From the IMG/VR virus record IMGVR_UViG_3300020576_002235: a DNA stretch of 64,000 bases; one strand, written 5' to 3'. The notes under the pieces were generated by a model. The model did no database searches, was not told the origin of the DNA, and worked only from the letters and a program-made list of their open reading frames with translations. Position 1 is the first letter of the stretch, and each line of letters begins with the position of its first letter. Shown here piece by piece: positions 29,450 through 38,974 of the stretch. The DNA comes from an uncultured virus (IMG/VR IMGVR_UViG_3300020576_002235) (Duplodnaviria; Heunggongvirae; Uroviricota; Caudoviricetes). The translations under genes were made by a program, and so were the position numbers.

Positions 29450-30652
29450 ATGACAACCACTCTCAAATCATCAAGCAACGGCCCCGGCATCGGCTGGAAT
29501 ACCGTTTACGAATGCCCGGCACTCACCAATGCCGCAGTCATCAGCGCAATATGCGCCAACACCGGAACAGTTTCACAAAACGTCTATCTTGGCAAAAAGG
29601 CGGCCGATGGTGCTGTGTCTGCATTGACAGGGGCCATTGCGGTAGCCGCCACCACATCTGTTGATTTGCTGGCTGGCAAAGTCACATTGTCGGCAGGAGA
29701 ATCCATTGTTGCAAAAGGCAGCGGCTACTGCATCGAAAAAGGCGAATCAACCGCCAGCATGGGCACCGTCAACGCCATTTATGGAAACGACACCAGCACC
29801 CTAATTGCAGCCACCAGCACGGGCATTTGGCGCAGCGCAGACAAGGGTGTTACATGGACACAGGTTTACAGCACCGCAGCGGTGACGGCCTTGCCGGGTG
29901 GCTACATCGGAACATCCTGGTTCATTTATTCATCCGCTACAGCATCACTCAAATCAACAGATGACGGGCTAACCTGGGCCGCGCAGGCCGTTACCAATGC
30001 GCCGACGATTGTGTCAACGCATACCGGCGGTATCGTTGAAGTCCCCGGTGGCTATGCTGGGCTGTTCAGCGGTACGGTTATGTCAATAACAGCAGACGGC
30101 ATCACATGGGCAACAAAAACCGCTGTTGCGGCAGCATGTACCGCTCTTTGCTGGACGGGTACAAACTGTTGCATGGCAGGCGCTACCGCCCTGTACTACA
30201 GCCCAAACGGTACAGCATGGACAACGGTTGCGGCAGTATCAATCACCGGAGCGACAGGAGGGGTAGCCGCCAAGGGGCTGCTAAGTGATGGTGCTGGTGT
30301 AGTGCTCGCTATTGGCGCAACGGCGTCAACAGGTTCACGCAGTGCTAACAACGGCGTAGCATGGGCGGCAATATCTGGACCGGGAAATTTATCTGTTGCA
30401 GGCCCGCACATTTACACAGGCAGTAAATTTTCAGTGCTTGCTAACGGCGCGTCAAGTTACTACACGTCCACCGACGGCTCCACGCTCACATGGGGCCTCG
30501 CGCTTAACGCCTCCGTCACCCCAACGATGGTTGCAAAGATGACCAGCAACCTGGCATTTATCTATGGCACCAACATCTACACCAGCCTGGACAACAGCAT
30601 GACCGGCTTTGGTGGTGCAGTCGTTACAGCAAGCGTGATGGAGGTCGCATGA
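29450..30652 (+). CDS. Putative receptor-binding/tail protein with BNR (Asp-box) repeats
   Basis: Repeated S.D.G.TW motifs (SADKGVTW, STDDGLTW, TADGITW, SPNGTAW, SANNGVAW). Confidence 0.7.
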   Translation: MTTTLKSSSNGPGIGWNTVYECPALTNAAVISAICANTGTVSQNVYLGKKAADGAVSALTGAIAVAATTSVDLLAGKVTLSAGESIVAKGSGYCIEKGESTASMGTVNAIYGNDTSTLIAATSTGIWRSADKGVTWTQVYSTAAVTALPGGYIGTSWFIYSSATASLKSTDDGLTWAAQAVTNAPTIVSTHTGGIVEVPGGYAGLFSGTVMSITADGITWATKTAVAAACTALCWTGTNCCMAGATALYYSPNGTAWTTVAAVSITGATGGVAAKGLLSDGAGVVLAIGATASTGSRSANNGVAWAAISGPGNLSVAGPHIYTGSKFSVLANGASSYYTSTDGSTLTWGLALNASVTPTMVAKMTSNLAFIYGTNIYTSLDNSMTGFGGAVVTASVMEVA

Positions 30653-30948
30653 GCCTCAAATACGTTGGCACCCAGCCAAGCCCATACCCGGCCAGCGCCA
30701 TGACCCGTGGCGGGTTTCGCAACCGGTTCACATTCGCTGAAAAAGTAGCCATCAAGGCCGCAGAGGCCACCGACCCCATGCTTCAGGTATTGGCCGATGA
30801 CCAATCACAGGCCACCTTTATTGATCTGGCCGACCCCAGCGTGACAGCGGGGCTTGACCTGCTGATCTACAAAGGGCTGATCACCGCAGAGCGCAAAGAC
30901 GAGATTCTTAGCGCACCGGTCACAGATCAAGATCGTCCATTGTTTTAA
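30649..30948 (+). CDS. Putative tail fibre assembly chaperone
   Basis: FRNRFT.AE..AI, IDL.DP...GL..L...GLIT.ER..EIL; follows the fibre gene. Confidence 0.6.
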   Translation: MSLKYVGTQPSPYPASAMTRGGFRNRFTFAEKVAIKAAEATDPMLQVLADDQSQATFIDLADPSVTAGLDLLIYKGLITAERKDEILSAPVTDQDRPLF

Positions 30949-30957
30949 GGAGCCTCC

Positions 30958-32148
30958 ATGAAAACCCTTGTCCTGCTTTTTGCCTTGCTGCTGTCAGCCT
31001 GTTCGACCACAGAATATGCGCAGTATTCAGCCGCGCAGGAGACTATCGCAATCGAGCGAGCACGGTCTGAAACCGCCCGTTATGACGCACTGGCCCGCAT
31101 TGCAGAGTCAGGCGACAGCAGCGCACGGGTAGCGGCGGTAATGGCTATTGCTCTCGGACAAGGTGGCGGACAACAACAGCCGCAACAGGTAGCCGCACCA
31201 GTACCAGCTGGAGAAACCGCTTTACGCTGGGCTGGCCTTATCGTGCCCGGCCTGGTGCAGGCTTACGGCATTCGGGCTAATTCGCAGGTGGCTATCAACT
31301 CATCAAACAACGCCGCCGCTGTCGCGCAAAGCACGAATGCGACATTTGCAGGCATGGGCCAGTCAATCGCCAGCACTGCGCAGAGTGGCGCAACAGGCAT
31401 GCAGGGCATTGCCAACTCAGGCGCAACAGCATTACAAGGGCTGGCAGGGGCTGGCTACAGCGCACTCAACAGCGTAGCGTCAAACAGCAGCAGCACACTG
31501 GCTACCGTTGCCACCTCTGGCAACACCGCGCTGCAAAATGTGGCGACAAGCGGCAATACCGCACTCACCACGGTGGTAAATTCTGGCAACGCTGGTATGG
31601 TGGCAATAGCTGGGGCTGGTACTGCTGGGCTTGTCGATGTTGCCAAGTCGGGTAACACCAGCCTTGTCACCGTGGCCGGCGCCGGGATGACAACTGCGCA
31701 AGCACTCGCCACCAGTGCAAACACCGCGCTTGTCGATGTTGCCAAGGCTGGTAGCGCAACGACCACCGCTGTTGCGCAGTCAGGAGCTACCGCAGTCGCG
31801 GCAGGATTCTCTGCAATGGCCGCCAGCAACGCAGGCATGACTGGTGTAGCCACGGCAGCGGTAAACGCAGCAGCCGCCACTGTAACCCCGACCGTCACCA
31901 ACAACACGACAACCACCACGACAACGACAACGCTGTCGGGCACGGGTACGTTGGGCAGTGGAGCCTACAGCACAACCGACAGTCACGCCGTCAGCACAAC
32001 CACGGCCACCGATGATCATTCGGTGATAAACCCTGCGCCAGTGGTGATAACCCCGGTCGTGCAGATTGTGCCGACTGTCACCACCCCGACTGTCGTTGTC
32101 ATCCCAGACACAGTTGTCATCACACCCATCGTCACAGGTGCCCAATGA
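30958..32148 (+). CDS. Lipoprotein with 11-aa repeats and Thr/Val/Pro-rich tail
   Basis: MKTLVLLFALLLSAC lipobox; AAGGAG RBS. Confidence 0.75.
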   Translation: MKTLVLLFALLLSACSTTEYAQYSAAQETIAIERARSETARYDALARIAESGDSSARVAAVMAIALGQGGGQQQPQQVAAPVPAGETALRWAGLIVPGLVQAYGIRANSQVAINSSNNAAAVAQSTNATFAGMGQSIASTAQSGATGMQGIANSGATALQGLAGAGYSALNSVASNSSSTLATVATSGNTALQNVATSGNTALTTVVNSGNAGMVAIAGAGTAGLVDVAKSGNTSLVTVAGAGMTTAQALATSANTALVDVAKAGSATTTAVAQSGATAVAAGFSAMAASNAGMTGVATAAVNAAAATVTPTVTNNTTTTTTTTTLSGTGTLGSGAYSTTDSHAVSTTTATDDHSVINPAPVVITPVVQIVPTVTTPTVVVIPDTVVITPIVTGAQ

Positions 32149-32390
32149 AGCTGGGCCGAATCCTTACGATTCTCTACATCCTTGACAACCTGATGTTGGC
32201 GTTGCTGACACTTGGAAATTGCAGAGTGGGGGAAACCCTGTCAAGCGTTGCTTGGGAGCTTGAGCTTGACGGAAAGCTGCTGGGGCGCATATTCCGCCCA
32301 CTGATTGACTTGATATTTTTCCCAATCGAACGCGAACATTGTCTCAAGGCATGGCGCACATTTTTGAAAATCACGAAAGCCACCCAATGA
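32145..32390 (+). CDS. Small hydrophobic hypothetical protein
   Basis: ETLSS.AW...ID.IF....EHC pattern; coupled to neighbouring genes. Confidence 0.65.
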   Translation: MKLGRILTILYILDNLMLALLTLGNCRVGETLSSVAWELELDGKLLGRIFRPLIDLIFFPIEREHCLKAWRTFLKITKATQ

Positions 32391-32821
32391 CTGAGGAAAC
32401 CGAACTGAACCGACGTGCAAGTGACAAGCTGCAAACGGATATCGACTTGTCCATTGCAGCCGAAAACGACCCGCGACAGCGTGCGCTGCTGATCATTTTG
32501 CAGTCTATCAACCGCAGCCTGATCGCCAACACACGGGCAACCCAAGACACGCAGATTGAGGTTGAGAAGCACCGGCAAGACTTTATGGTTCATCTGCGCA
32601 ATTTCGAGTCTCACGCAATGAATGAAGAGGCATTGCTTAATAAGGGACGTGGGGCATGGTTCATAGTCGCCATCGTTTTATCTATAGCCCAATCCCTCCT
32701 GTTGTACGGATGGAATGCCTCGCGCAATGAGATTGAGGCAATGAAGGCGCAAGCAGTGGCGGCGCAGATCACCCACGAAAAACTGATGGGACGACTGAGC
32801 CATTTGGAGAAATCGAAATGA
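32387..32821 (+). CDS. Putative holin/antiholin-like membrane protein
   Basis: Coiled coil plus one TM segment, immediately before the endolysin. Confidence 0.5.
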   Translation: MTEETELNRRASDKLQTDIDLSIAAENDPRQRALLIILQSINRSLIANTRATQDTQIEVEKHRQDFMVHLRNFESHAMNEEALLNKGRGAWFIVAIVLSIAQSLLLYGWNASRNEIEAMKAQAVAAQITHEKLMGRLSHLEKSK

Positions 32822-33297
32822 GCTTTGAGACATCTATCGAGAGAATCTTGGGTCATGAGGGTGGTCTTGTTGACGACCCTAACGATAAAGGTGGATTAAC
32901 TCAGTGGGGAATTTCCCAGCGAACATACCCCAAGCTGGACATTAAGGCACTGACCCGTGAACAAGCCATTGCACTCTATCGCAGAGACTTTTACGAGCCG
33001 ATTGGTGGAGATAACCTACCCAAAGGGGTTGCTTACCAACTGCTCGATACCGCTATCAACTCAGGCATCAGCACAGCTTTGCGCATGTTGCAACGTGCAA
33101 TCGGTGTTGCTGATGACGGTCACATCGGGCCAGTCACCTTGGCTGCAATTAAGGCCACAGAACCTCACGATTTAGTGATGCGCTTCATCGCAGAGAGACT
33201 TGAATTCATGACTCGCTGTTCTGGCTGGCCCACATTCAGTCGCGGCTGGACTCGCCGCATCGCTACAAATTTACGCTACGGAGCAGATGATGTTTGA
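32818..33297 (+). CDS. Endolysin, glycoside hydrolase family 108
   Basis: HEGG.VDDPNDKGG.T.WGI catalytic motif; DG.IGP.T and F.RGW..R motifs. Confidence 0.92.
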   Translation: MSFETSIERILGHEGGLVDDPNDKGGLTQWGISQRTYPKLDIKALTREQAIALYRRDFYEPIGGDNLPKGVAYQLLDTAINSGISTALRMLQRAIGVADDGHIGPVTLAAIKATEPHDLVMRFIAERLEFMTRCSGWPTFSRGWTRRIATNLRYGADDV

Positions 33298-33697
33298 TAA
33301 GCTAAAGGCAGGGCTTGCTGTTCTGCGTCACGGAAACGAGGTGTCGAATGTGGAGGCTTGGAAAACTGGACAGATCACCGGCACAGTCTTGGGTGCGCTA
33401 TTCATTGCGTTGGCAAACTTGGCACAAGCGTTCGACTATCCGTTCCCGCTTGATGCGGATAGTGCAAATGCTGTTGGTGCTGGTTTGGTTGCTTTGGTCA
33501 ACATTATCCTTACCTCAGCCACTAGCAAGAGAGCGGGCATACTGCCAGCCGCTAAGCCAGATGGAGAGAGCGATAGTCAGATCAACTTGGGAATGTCGCA
33601 TCCAGGAATATCTCAAGCAACTAGAGATGCCGCAATGCGGTCTGTCAGTCAAGCCAATGATCCGCTGGCAGGACTTGACACCACTTACACTCCTTGA
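33287..33697 (+). CDS. Putative holin (two TM segments)
   Basis: Two hydrophobic helices; overlaps the endolysin end; MM dual start. Confidence 0.55.
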   Translation: MMFDKLKAGLAVLRHGNEVSNVEAWKTGQITGTVLGALFIALANLAQAFDYPFPLDADSANAVGAGLVALVNIILTSATSKRAGILPAAKPDGESDSQINLGMSHPGISQATRDAAMRSVSQANDPLAGLDTTYTP

Positions 33698-33749
33698 CGC
33701 TGTAGAAGGCGTTGAGGTTTCTTTTCACTGCACTTTTTGAAAGACTCAC

Positions 33750-34010
33750 ATGGTACAATTTCTCGAAATCCTCTCCCTGATAGTAAAGCTGTTACCTCTC
33801 ATCAAAGAAACTGTCATCGCTCTTGAGGGTATGTTTCCTGACAGCGGCACTGGTGCAGCTAAGAAAGCCCTGCTCAACAATGTGCTCGATCAGGCTATCG
33901 ACGCATCGAGCACTCTGGCTGCCACTTATGCAGCCGCTAAACCTGCCCTGCAAGTCATCATCGACACGGTTGTTGCTGTTACAAAAGGCAAGCCAGTCGG
34001 AGGTGTATAA
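33750..34010 (+). CDS. Hypothetical lysis-region protein
   Basis: Amphipathic 86-aa ORF with G.GA.KK motif. Confidence 0.6.
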   Translation: MVQFLEILSLIVKLLPLIKETVIALEGMFPDSGTGAAKKALLNNVLDQAIDASSTLAATYAAAKPALQVIIDTVVAVTKGKPVGGV

Positions 34011-34189
34011 TGAGCGACACACGCGAAACGCCGGTAGAGACCGACAACAAGGCCGAACTGTTGGCCGCGCACAAGGAAAAAGGGCTAACCCAGACAGTAG
34101 CCGCATTGCGCAAAGAGTTTGTCGAAGAAGAGCCTGACCCTATCCCTCCAAGAGAGCACGGTGTCTTTTGGAGGGGTACTCACGAATGA
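34010..34189 (+). CDS. Hypothetical protein, 59 aa, absent from the ORF track
   Basis: GGAGG RBS; overlaps both neighbours (TAATG and ATGA). Confidence 0.55.
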   Translation: MSDTRETPVETDNKAELLAAHKEKGLTQTVAALRKEFVEEEPDPIPPREHGVFWRGTHE

Positions 34190-34464
34190 GTAGCAAAGTG
34201 ACCCTTGCTGCCCGTGAAAGATGCTCAGCCTCTACCTTACAGGAACAGTTGCTTGCCATGCGTGTCGTTGAACTTGCTCTATTGGAGAAGCGAGCTAAAC
34301 TGCTAAAAGCAGAGATAGCTCGTATGGAGGCTGAGGCAGATCAAGCTGATATTGCTACAGCATTTGCGGCTGATAAAGTGCAGCCTGAGCCCTTACCGAA
34401 ATACACTGCGCACTCTTGCGGTATAGAAGGTTGCGCAGTGTGTGACCCTACTTACGGATTATGA
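34186..34464 (+). CDS. Hypothetical protein with C-terminal Cys/His cluster
   Basis: HSCGIEGCAVCDP; GGAGG RBS. Confidence 0.55.
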   Translation: MSSKVTLAARERCSASTLQEQLLAMRVVELALLEKRAKLLKAEIARMEAEADQADIATAFAADKVQPEPLPKYTAHSCGIEGCAVCDPTYGL

Positions 34465-34889
34465 AATACGTTGCAACACTGGCTATCCTATTTTTCGGTG
34501 CTTGCATGGCTTGGCTGTGGCGGCTTGCGGGTTGAGGCAATCCTGAATTCGCTGCCCGGCCCGCGAATCACCACCGTCTGCATTCAGGCCACCGCACCCA
34601 GGTCGAGCAGCCCTTCGCGCCGGGCGCAGGTCAGGCAGTCAAGGTGCAACCACCCTGTGGCGTTGCGATAACCGGCACACTGTTCAAGCGGGTAGGTCAT
34701 TTTTTGGTGTTCCACAATGTGTAATTGACAGCTCATCTATCGCGACCTTATCGCCACAAGTTTTGCAGGCCCTGCCTTCAGCAAAGCTCCGCTTGCCATA
34801 TTCGATCATCTGTTCTTCGGTGTAGCCAAATATATACTCATCGAAGTATCCGACCCCGATGCATGTTTTCTGTGGTAGTGGTGTTGTTA

Positions 34890-35306
34890 TCATGGCTGCG
34901 CTCCTGGGACTGTGTAGAGGGGTTCAAGCCACCCTCTGAGATATTGCGGACTGTTTCGGTAACGCTCATCCCACTCTGCTTTGCGGTTTTCATTTCCCGC
35001 AAAGTCGTAGTATATATAGCCGCCTTCTCCGTCAAACTCTCGCCAAGCGGCAGGATTTTGCTGCTTGATAGCGTCCAATTCTGCACGCATCAATGCGATA
35101 TTCGCCGCAATCGCCAATGACGCATTACCGTGAATGGGCCACGTAGCTGGATCAGTTCCGATTATCTCAGCTACGGCTTTGCGCAACTCAGTCATACGCG
35201 CTTTTGCTGTAGCAAGCTCTGCACGAAGCTCGTCCCGTTCCTTTGTAACCAGCGTTAGGCTATTGGCTGCTGCGTACAATTCGTTTATTTCTCTTCTGGT
35301 GGGCAT
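34890..35306 (-). CDS. Hypothetical coiled-coil protein
   Basis: AAGGA RBS; P.AW...EPLY pattern. Confidence 0.6.
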   Translation of the reverse strand: MPTRREINELYAAANSLTLVTKERDELRAELATAKARMTELRKAVAEIIGTDPATWPIHGNASLAIAANIALMRAELDAIKQQNPAAWREFDGEGGYIYYDFAGNENRKAEWDERYRNSPQYLRGWLEPLYTVPGAQP

Positions 35307-35507
35307 GGTGGTTCCTTTCTAAATCTAGGCATAGGGTAGTAGTGATCCCAGCCGTGGCCGGGCCAATACTCGCGCAGGTAGCCAATGCCTTGTGCTTTCT
35401 CTATCACAAGACACTTAGCACCTGTAGGCGTGTTTTCGTCAATTGGTATCCAGAAAACCTCTGTGGATACAAGGGCAGTGCCCTCTGCGTTAAGTTTGTG
35501 GGTCATG

Positions 35508-35930
35508 TTAGTCCCGCAAGAATGTGTACCATTTTGAAAGCTCTTCGGCCCTTCGCCGTGTCTCTCTGTGCGGCGCACCGTATCCCGAGCACGCTTGCTC
35601 AAGCTTATCTATCTCAGCCTGAGCACGTTCCACAGTCAGCGTATAAAAACGCTCTATCCAAGTATGGTCAAAAATCATTCGACCTTGCGAAGTGCCTTTT
35701 AGCAGAACCTCTTGAGGTTCGTCAGGCCCAACCACAATACACTCGACAGTTACACCATGTTCAAGACAAAGCCTTCTGACTCTATCTGCCTCTCTTGAGT
35801 CTGCAAAGACAATTCTGTCACCCTCTTTAACACTCTCCACCAACGAAGTGGTTCGTCCAGACCCGCGAGAAGTTTGCATAACCACGCTAACCGCTGCTTG
35901 CACTGCAGTGCCAATCCCAAAATGACCCAT
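35508..35930 (-). CDS. Hypothetical protein with degenerate P-loop-like motif
   Basis: RGSGRTT; IFDHTW. Confidence 0.55.
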   Translation of the reverse strand: MGHFGIGTAVQAAVSVVMQTSRGSGRTTSLVESVKEGDRIVFADSREADRVRRLCLEHGVTVECIVVGPDEPQEVLLKGTSQGRMIFDHTWIERFYTLTVERAQAEIDKLEQACSGYGAPHRETRRRAEELSKWYTFLRD

Positions 35931-35940
35931 AATTACTCTC

Positions 35941-37992
35941 TTAAATTACTAAAATGTTAGCGGCCAACGTATCGGCCAATTCGCTGTGAGTCACCAACAG
36001 CACCTGTGCATAGCCAGCACGAGTTATGGCAGTCAGCAAGGCCAATTCTCGCTCTGCATCACAGCCTGCGGCAGGTTCGTCTAGTAAACAAAAGTCCACA
36101 TTCCCGAGAAAAGTCTTTTGCAGAGCCACTCGAACAGCAAGTCCGAGTATATCCTTAGTAGACCCACTGTAACTGGAAGCTGGTTTACTGTCAATAGTGA
36201 ATTTATTGCTATCTCTACCCACCACACTGTTAACCCCTCGCATTTGGCTAAACACAGTTGACACGCTGTGCAGAACTAAAGACCACAACTCCTTAGCCAA
36301 CGAGGGACGCACTGTACGCAGCTTGGCGATTAGAGCGTTATTGGCTCTGTACTCATCTAGTGTACTCTGCAGTGCAGCCTTGTTACTAACTGCATTTGCA
36401 TAATCTTGCATCTTGAGCTTATACACGGCTTCTGCATTCGTCTTGGCAATTCCAGCTTCGTTAAGCTTAGCCTTCTTTTCTTGCAAAGTTCTATCTGCAG
36501 CGGCTCTGGCTACCTGTGCTCCCTGGTAACGCATCAAGATTTCCAAGTATGGCTCAATTTTTCTCGGTGCGGGGAGCTTAGCCAACTCACTGTGGATGAG
36601 GTCTTGTTGATCCCTGACAGCCTGTACCGTTTGCAACTCACGCTCATAGATACTCTTGCGTGAATGCCAAGCCTTGACCAACAAAGAGTAGTCCGTCAAA
36701 TCCGGCTGATCGCTGATCGCAGGGCCAGTCCAGATCACACAAGGCGGGCAGTAGTCTCCATCTACTTTAACGTAGCCGCCTAAGCGGTTCACAGTCTGTA
36801 GTGCGTCCTCAGTTAATTGTAACCGCTCACGAAGGTTGACTGCTAACCTTGCGGCGCTGGCGTAGCATGTCTCTGTGTCTCGTATGTCAACATCCAAAGC
36901 ATCTAAGGCAGCAGCTACTCGCTGATTGATAGTCACAACTTCAGGCACCTCTGTTAACAGCTTGCCGCAAAGTTGACAACTCTCATCATAGATACCCTTA
37001 GCCTCCAACTGCGCTCTCTTAATGCGCAAATCAGTCAGCTTAACTGTCAGAGTCGTGCAATCAGCCTCAGCCTTGTGCGTCTCGCCCTTTAGTGTCTCAA
37101 ACTTAATCCCTGCCCCTCTTGCAGGTAAGGTTTGAAATAACTTCCAGAATCCTCTCGTCTGTTCATCCTGTAATGCAGCATCACGCCTCCGCTCCAATTC
37201 ATCCAGTGTGAAGACTTCAACCGGAGGCTGAGGCATCGGAGGGGGAGTTACCACACGCTTCTCCAAAGCTTCGCGGGTGGCCGTTTCGACTTTAATCGCA
37301 GAAATCTCTGTGGCAGCATCTGTGGATAGAGCCAAACAAGAGAACTCTGTTTCCACGGCTTTGTTGTGCGCTTGCTCTGCAATGTCTAATTGATGCGCAG
37401 CCTCTTTAATCGCAGCAACGTACTCCGTAAAGTCTGCCTCTGGTTGAGTTAACTCTCTGTAGCTTTCCAATTGCGCTTCCAGCAGTTTGGTGCTGCCGCA
37501 GGCTAGGTTAGTCTGCATGCCAGCTATTAGCCGGTCAATGAGCGCCATGTCGCTCAAGTTTTCGATTAGCGCAATGGAGCTACTGTCAAGAGAACCTTGC
37601 AAAGCTCCTTGATTGGACAGCAGTGTGGCGAGTCCTGTAGTCATGCTAGCACCAAGCAAAAGCTCTACCTGCTTAGTAACCTCTGATTGTCCAGAAGCTG
37701 TAGCACCTCCAGTCAACTCTGCACCAGACTTGCTACGCACAACGGTATAGCTAACACCATTGACCATGAAGCTCAGCTTAACCTTCAAAGACGAAGGAGG
37801 CTTGCCCCAAGTGACAACTTCTTCCAAGGTGTTGGTCAGGCCGCGAGCGCCCCACAGAGCGTATGCCACGGCTTGAAACCGGGTGGACTTGCCAGCCTCG
37901 TTCGCCCCACGGATGACATTAAGCCCTTCAGTCAAGGACATGACGGCATACTCTACCGACATGAAGTTTGTTAGTTCAAGCTGTAGTAACAT
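35941..37992 (-). CDS. Rad50/SbcC-like ATPase
   Basis: Walker A GANEAGKS, zinc hook CQLC, signature YSGS, Walker B LLDEP, VTHS. Confidence 0.92.
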   Translation of the reverse strand: MLLQLELTNFMSVEYAVMSLTEGLNVIRGANEAGKSTRFQAVAYALWGARGLTNTLEEVVTWGKPPSSLKVKLSFMVNGVSYTVVRSKSGAELTGGATASGQSEVTKQVELLLGASMTTGLATLLSNQGALQGSLDSSSIALIENLSDMALIDRLIAGMQTNLACGSTKLLEAQLESYRELTQPEADFTEYVAAIKEAAHQLDIAEQAHNKAVETEFSCLALSTDAATEISAIKVETATREALEKRVVTPPPMPQPPVEVFTLDELERRRDAALQDEQTRGFWKLFQTLPARGAGIKFETLKGETHKAEADCTTLTVKLTDLRIKRAQLEAKGIYDESCQLCGKLLTEVPEVVTINQRVAAALDALDVDIRDTETCYASAARLAVNLRERLQLTEDALQTVNRLGGYVKVDGDYCPPCVIWTGPAISDQPDLTDYSLLVKAWHSRKSIYERELQTVQAVRDQQDLIHSELAKLPAPRKIEPYLEILMRYQGAQVARAAADRTLQEKKAKLNEAGIAKTNAEAVYKLKMQDYANAVSNKAALQSTLDEYRANNALIAKLRTVRPSLAKELWSLVLHSVSTVFSQMRGVNSVVGRDSNKFTIDSKPASSYSGSTKDILGLAVRVALQKTFLGNVDFCLLDEPAAGCDAERELALLTAITRAGYAQVLLVTHSELADTLAANILVI

Positions 37993-38974
37993 AAGGCTCC
38001 AATTTCAGCATTTCAGCAGCTGTCAAATACTTCCTAAGCGCATCCACCACTGAGAATGCGTGCACAGATTCGATGCTACCAGAAAAAACATCTTCTGAAG
38101 CCACCTTCACTGCGTTGGATACAATAAATGCATCTGTAGATCTGCGTAGAGAGTTGATGAGTGACAGCACATCTGATACTTCCTCTGGCGCAGCGTCACC
38201 AATTACCCGAATAAACTTGGAAGAACTGTGCGCTAAATTTCTCCAGTTCACTTCTTCAAACTCTGCACAACGATCAGCACAGGTTATCAGCGCTGTGGTT
38301 TTTGCGGTTACAGAAGCGAATTGCTTCCTCTCACAGTTGAGCCAGTCGCTGACAGAGCTTGCTATCTGATTGCCAATCACAATAGCCTTGCCAATTGTCC
38401 GTGATTGGTGCTCATGGGCTACAAGCACTTCATCCACCGGCAGTGAATCCAATACAAACCTGCTGAGGTTTAGTGATTGATCCGACTGTGCTGCGTAATG
38501 ATTGTTCACATTGCAGTGGAGGAACAACCTTGTGCTTTTCGGTACAGCTGCTAGTGCTGCATCGAACAGTTCTTGATTTGCAAGATGAGGGATCACATAA
38601 CCGTAAGACGTGTCCATCGGTTCTTCTATGTGGACGTACCTGTCACCGAACTGCCTGGACAACAGCTTGCCTAACAGTTGGAACGATGACAGGCTTGTAG
38701 ACGCTTTCGGAAGATCGTGGTTTCCTGCCACATTAAACAGCAGTGCTTCGGGATTCGCTGCCAGCCAATCAGCAAGAATCTCAAATGCCGCCAGCATGTC
38801 TGTAAGAGGCACGTTCACTGTGTCAAACAGATCGCCAAGTAGCATCAGGTCTTCACCCACAGGCAATAGCTCATTGAAGCTTGAAAGAATATGCTTTCTC
38901 AATGCTGCTTGAGAGGCTGGCGTAGTTCCCGCTGAACGGGTAGCGCCGATGTGTATGTCGTTGAGTATCCTCAC
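37976..38974 (-). CDS. Mre11/SbcD-like metallophosphoesterase nuclease
   Basis: DIH, GDLFD, GNHD and HEH motifs; adjacent to the SbcC-like gene. Confidence 0.9.
   Translation of the reverse strand: MRILNDIHIGATRSAGTTPASQAALRKHILSSFNELLPVGEDLMLLGDLFDTVNVPLTDMLAAFEILADWLAANPEALLFNVAGNHDLPKASTSLSSFQLLGKLLSRQFGDRYVHIEEPMDTSYGYVIPHLANQELFDAALAAVPKSTRLFLHCNVNNHYAAQSDQSLNLSRFVLDSLPVDEVLVAHEHQSRTIGKAIVIGNQIASSVSDWLNCERKQFASVTAKTTALITCADRCAEFEEVNWRNLAHSSSKFIRVIGDAAPEEVSDVLSLINSLRRSTDAFIVSNAVKVASEDVFSGSIESVHAFSVVDALRKYLTAAEMLKLEPYVTTA

Noticed and set aside
29450..32148. Diversity-generating retroelement acting on the fibre
   Set aside because: I found no reverse transcriptase and no template/variable repeat pair differing at adenines.
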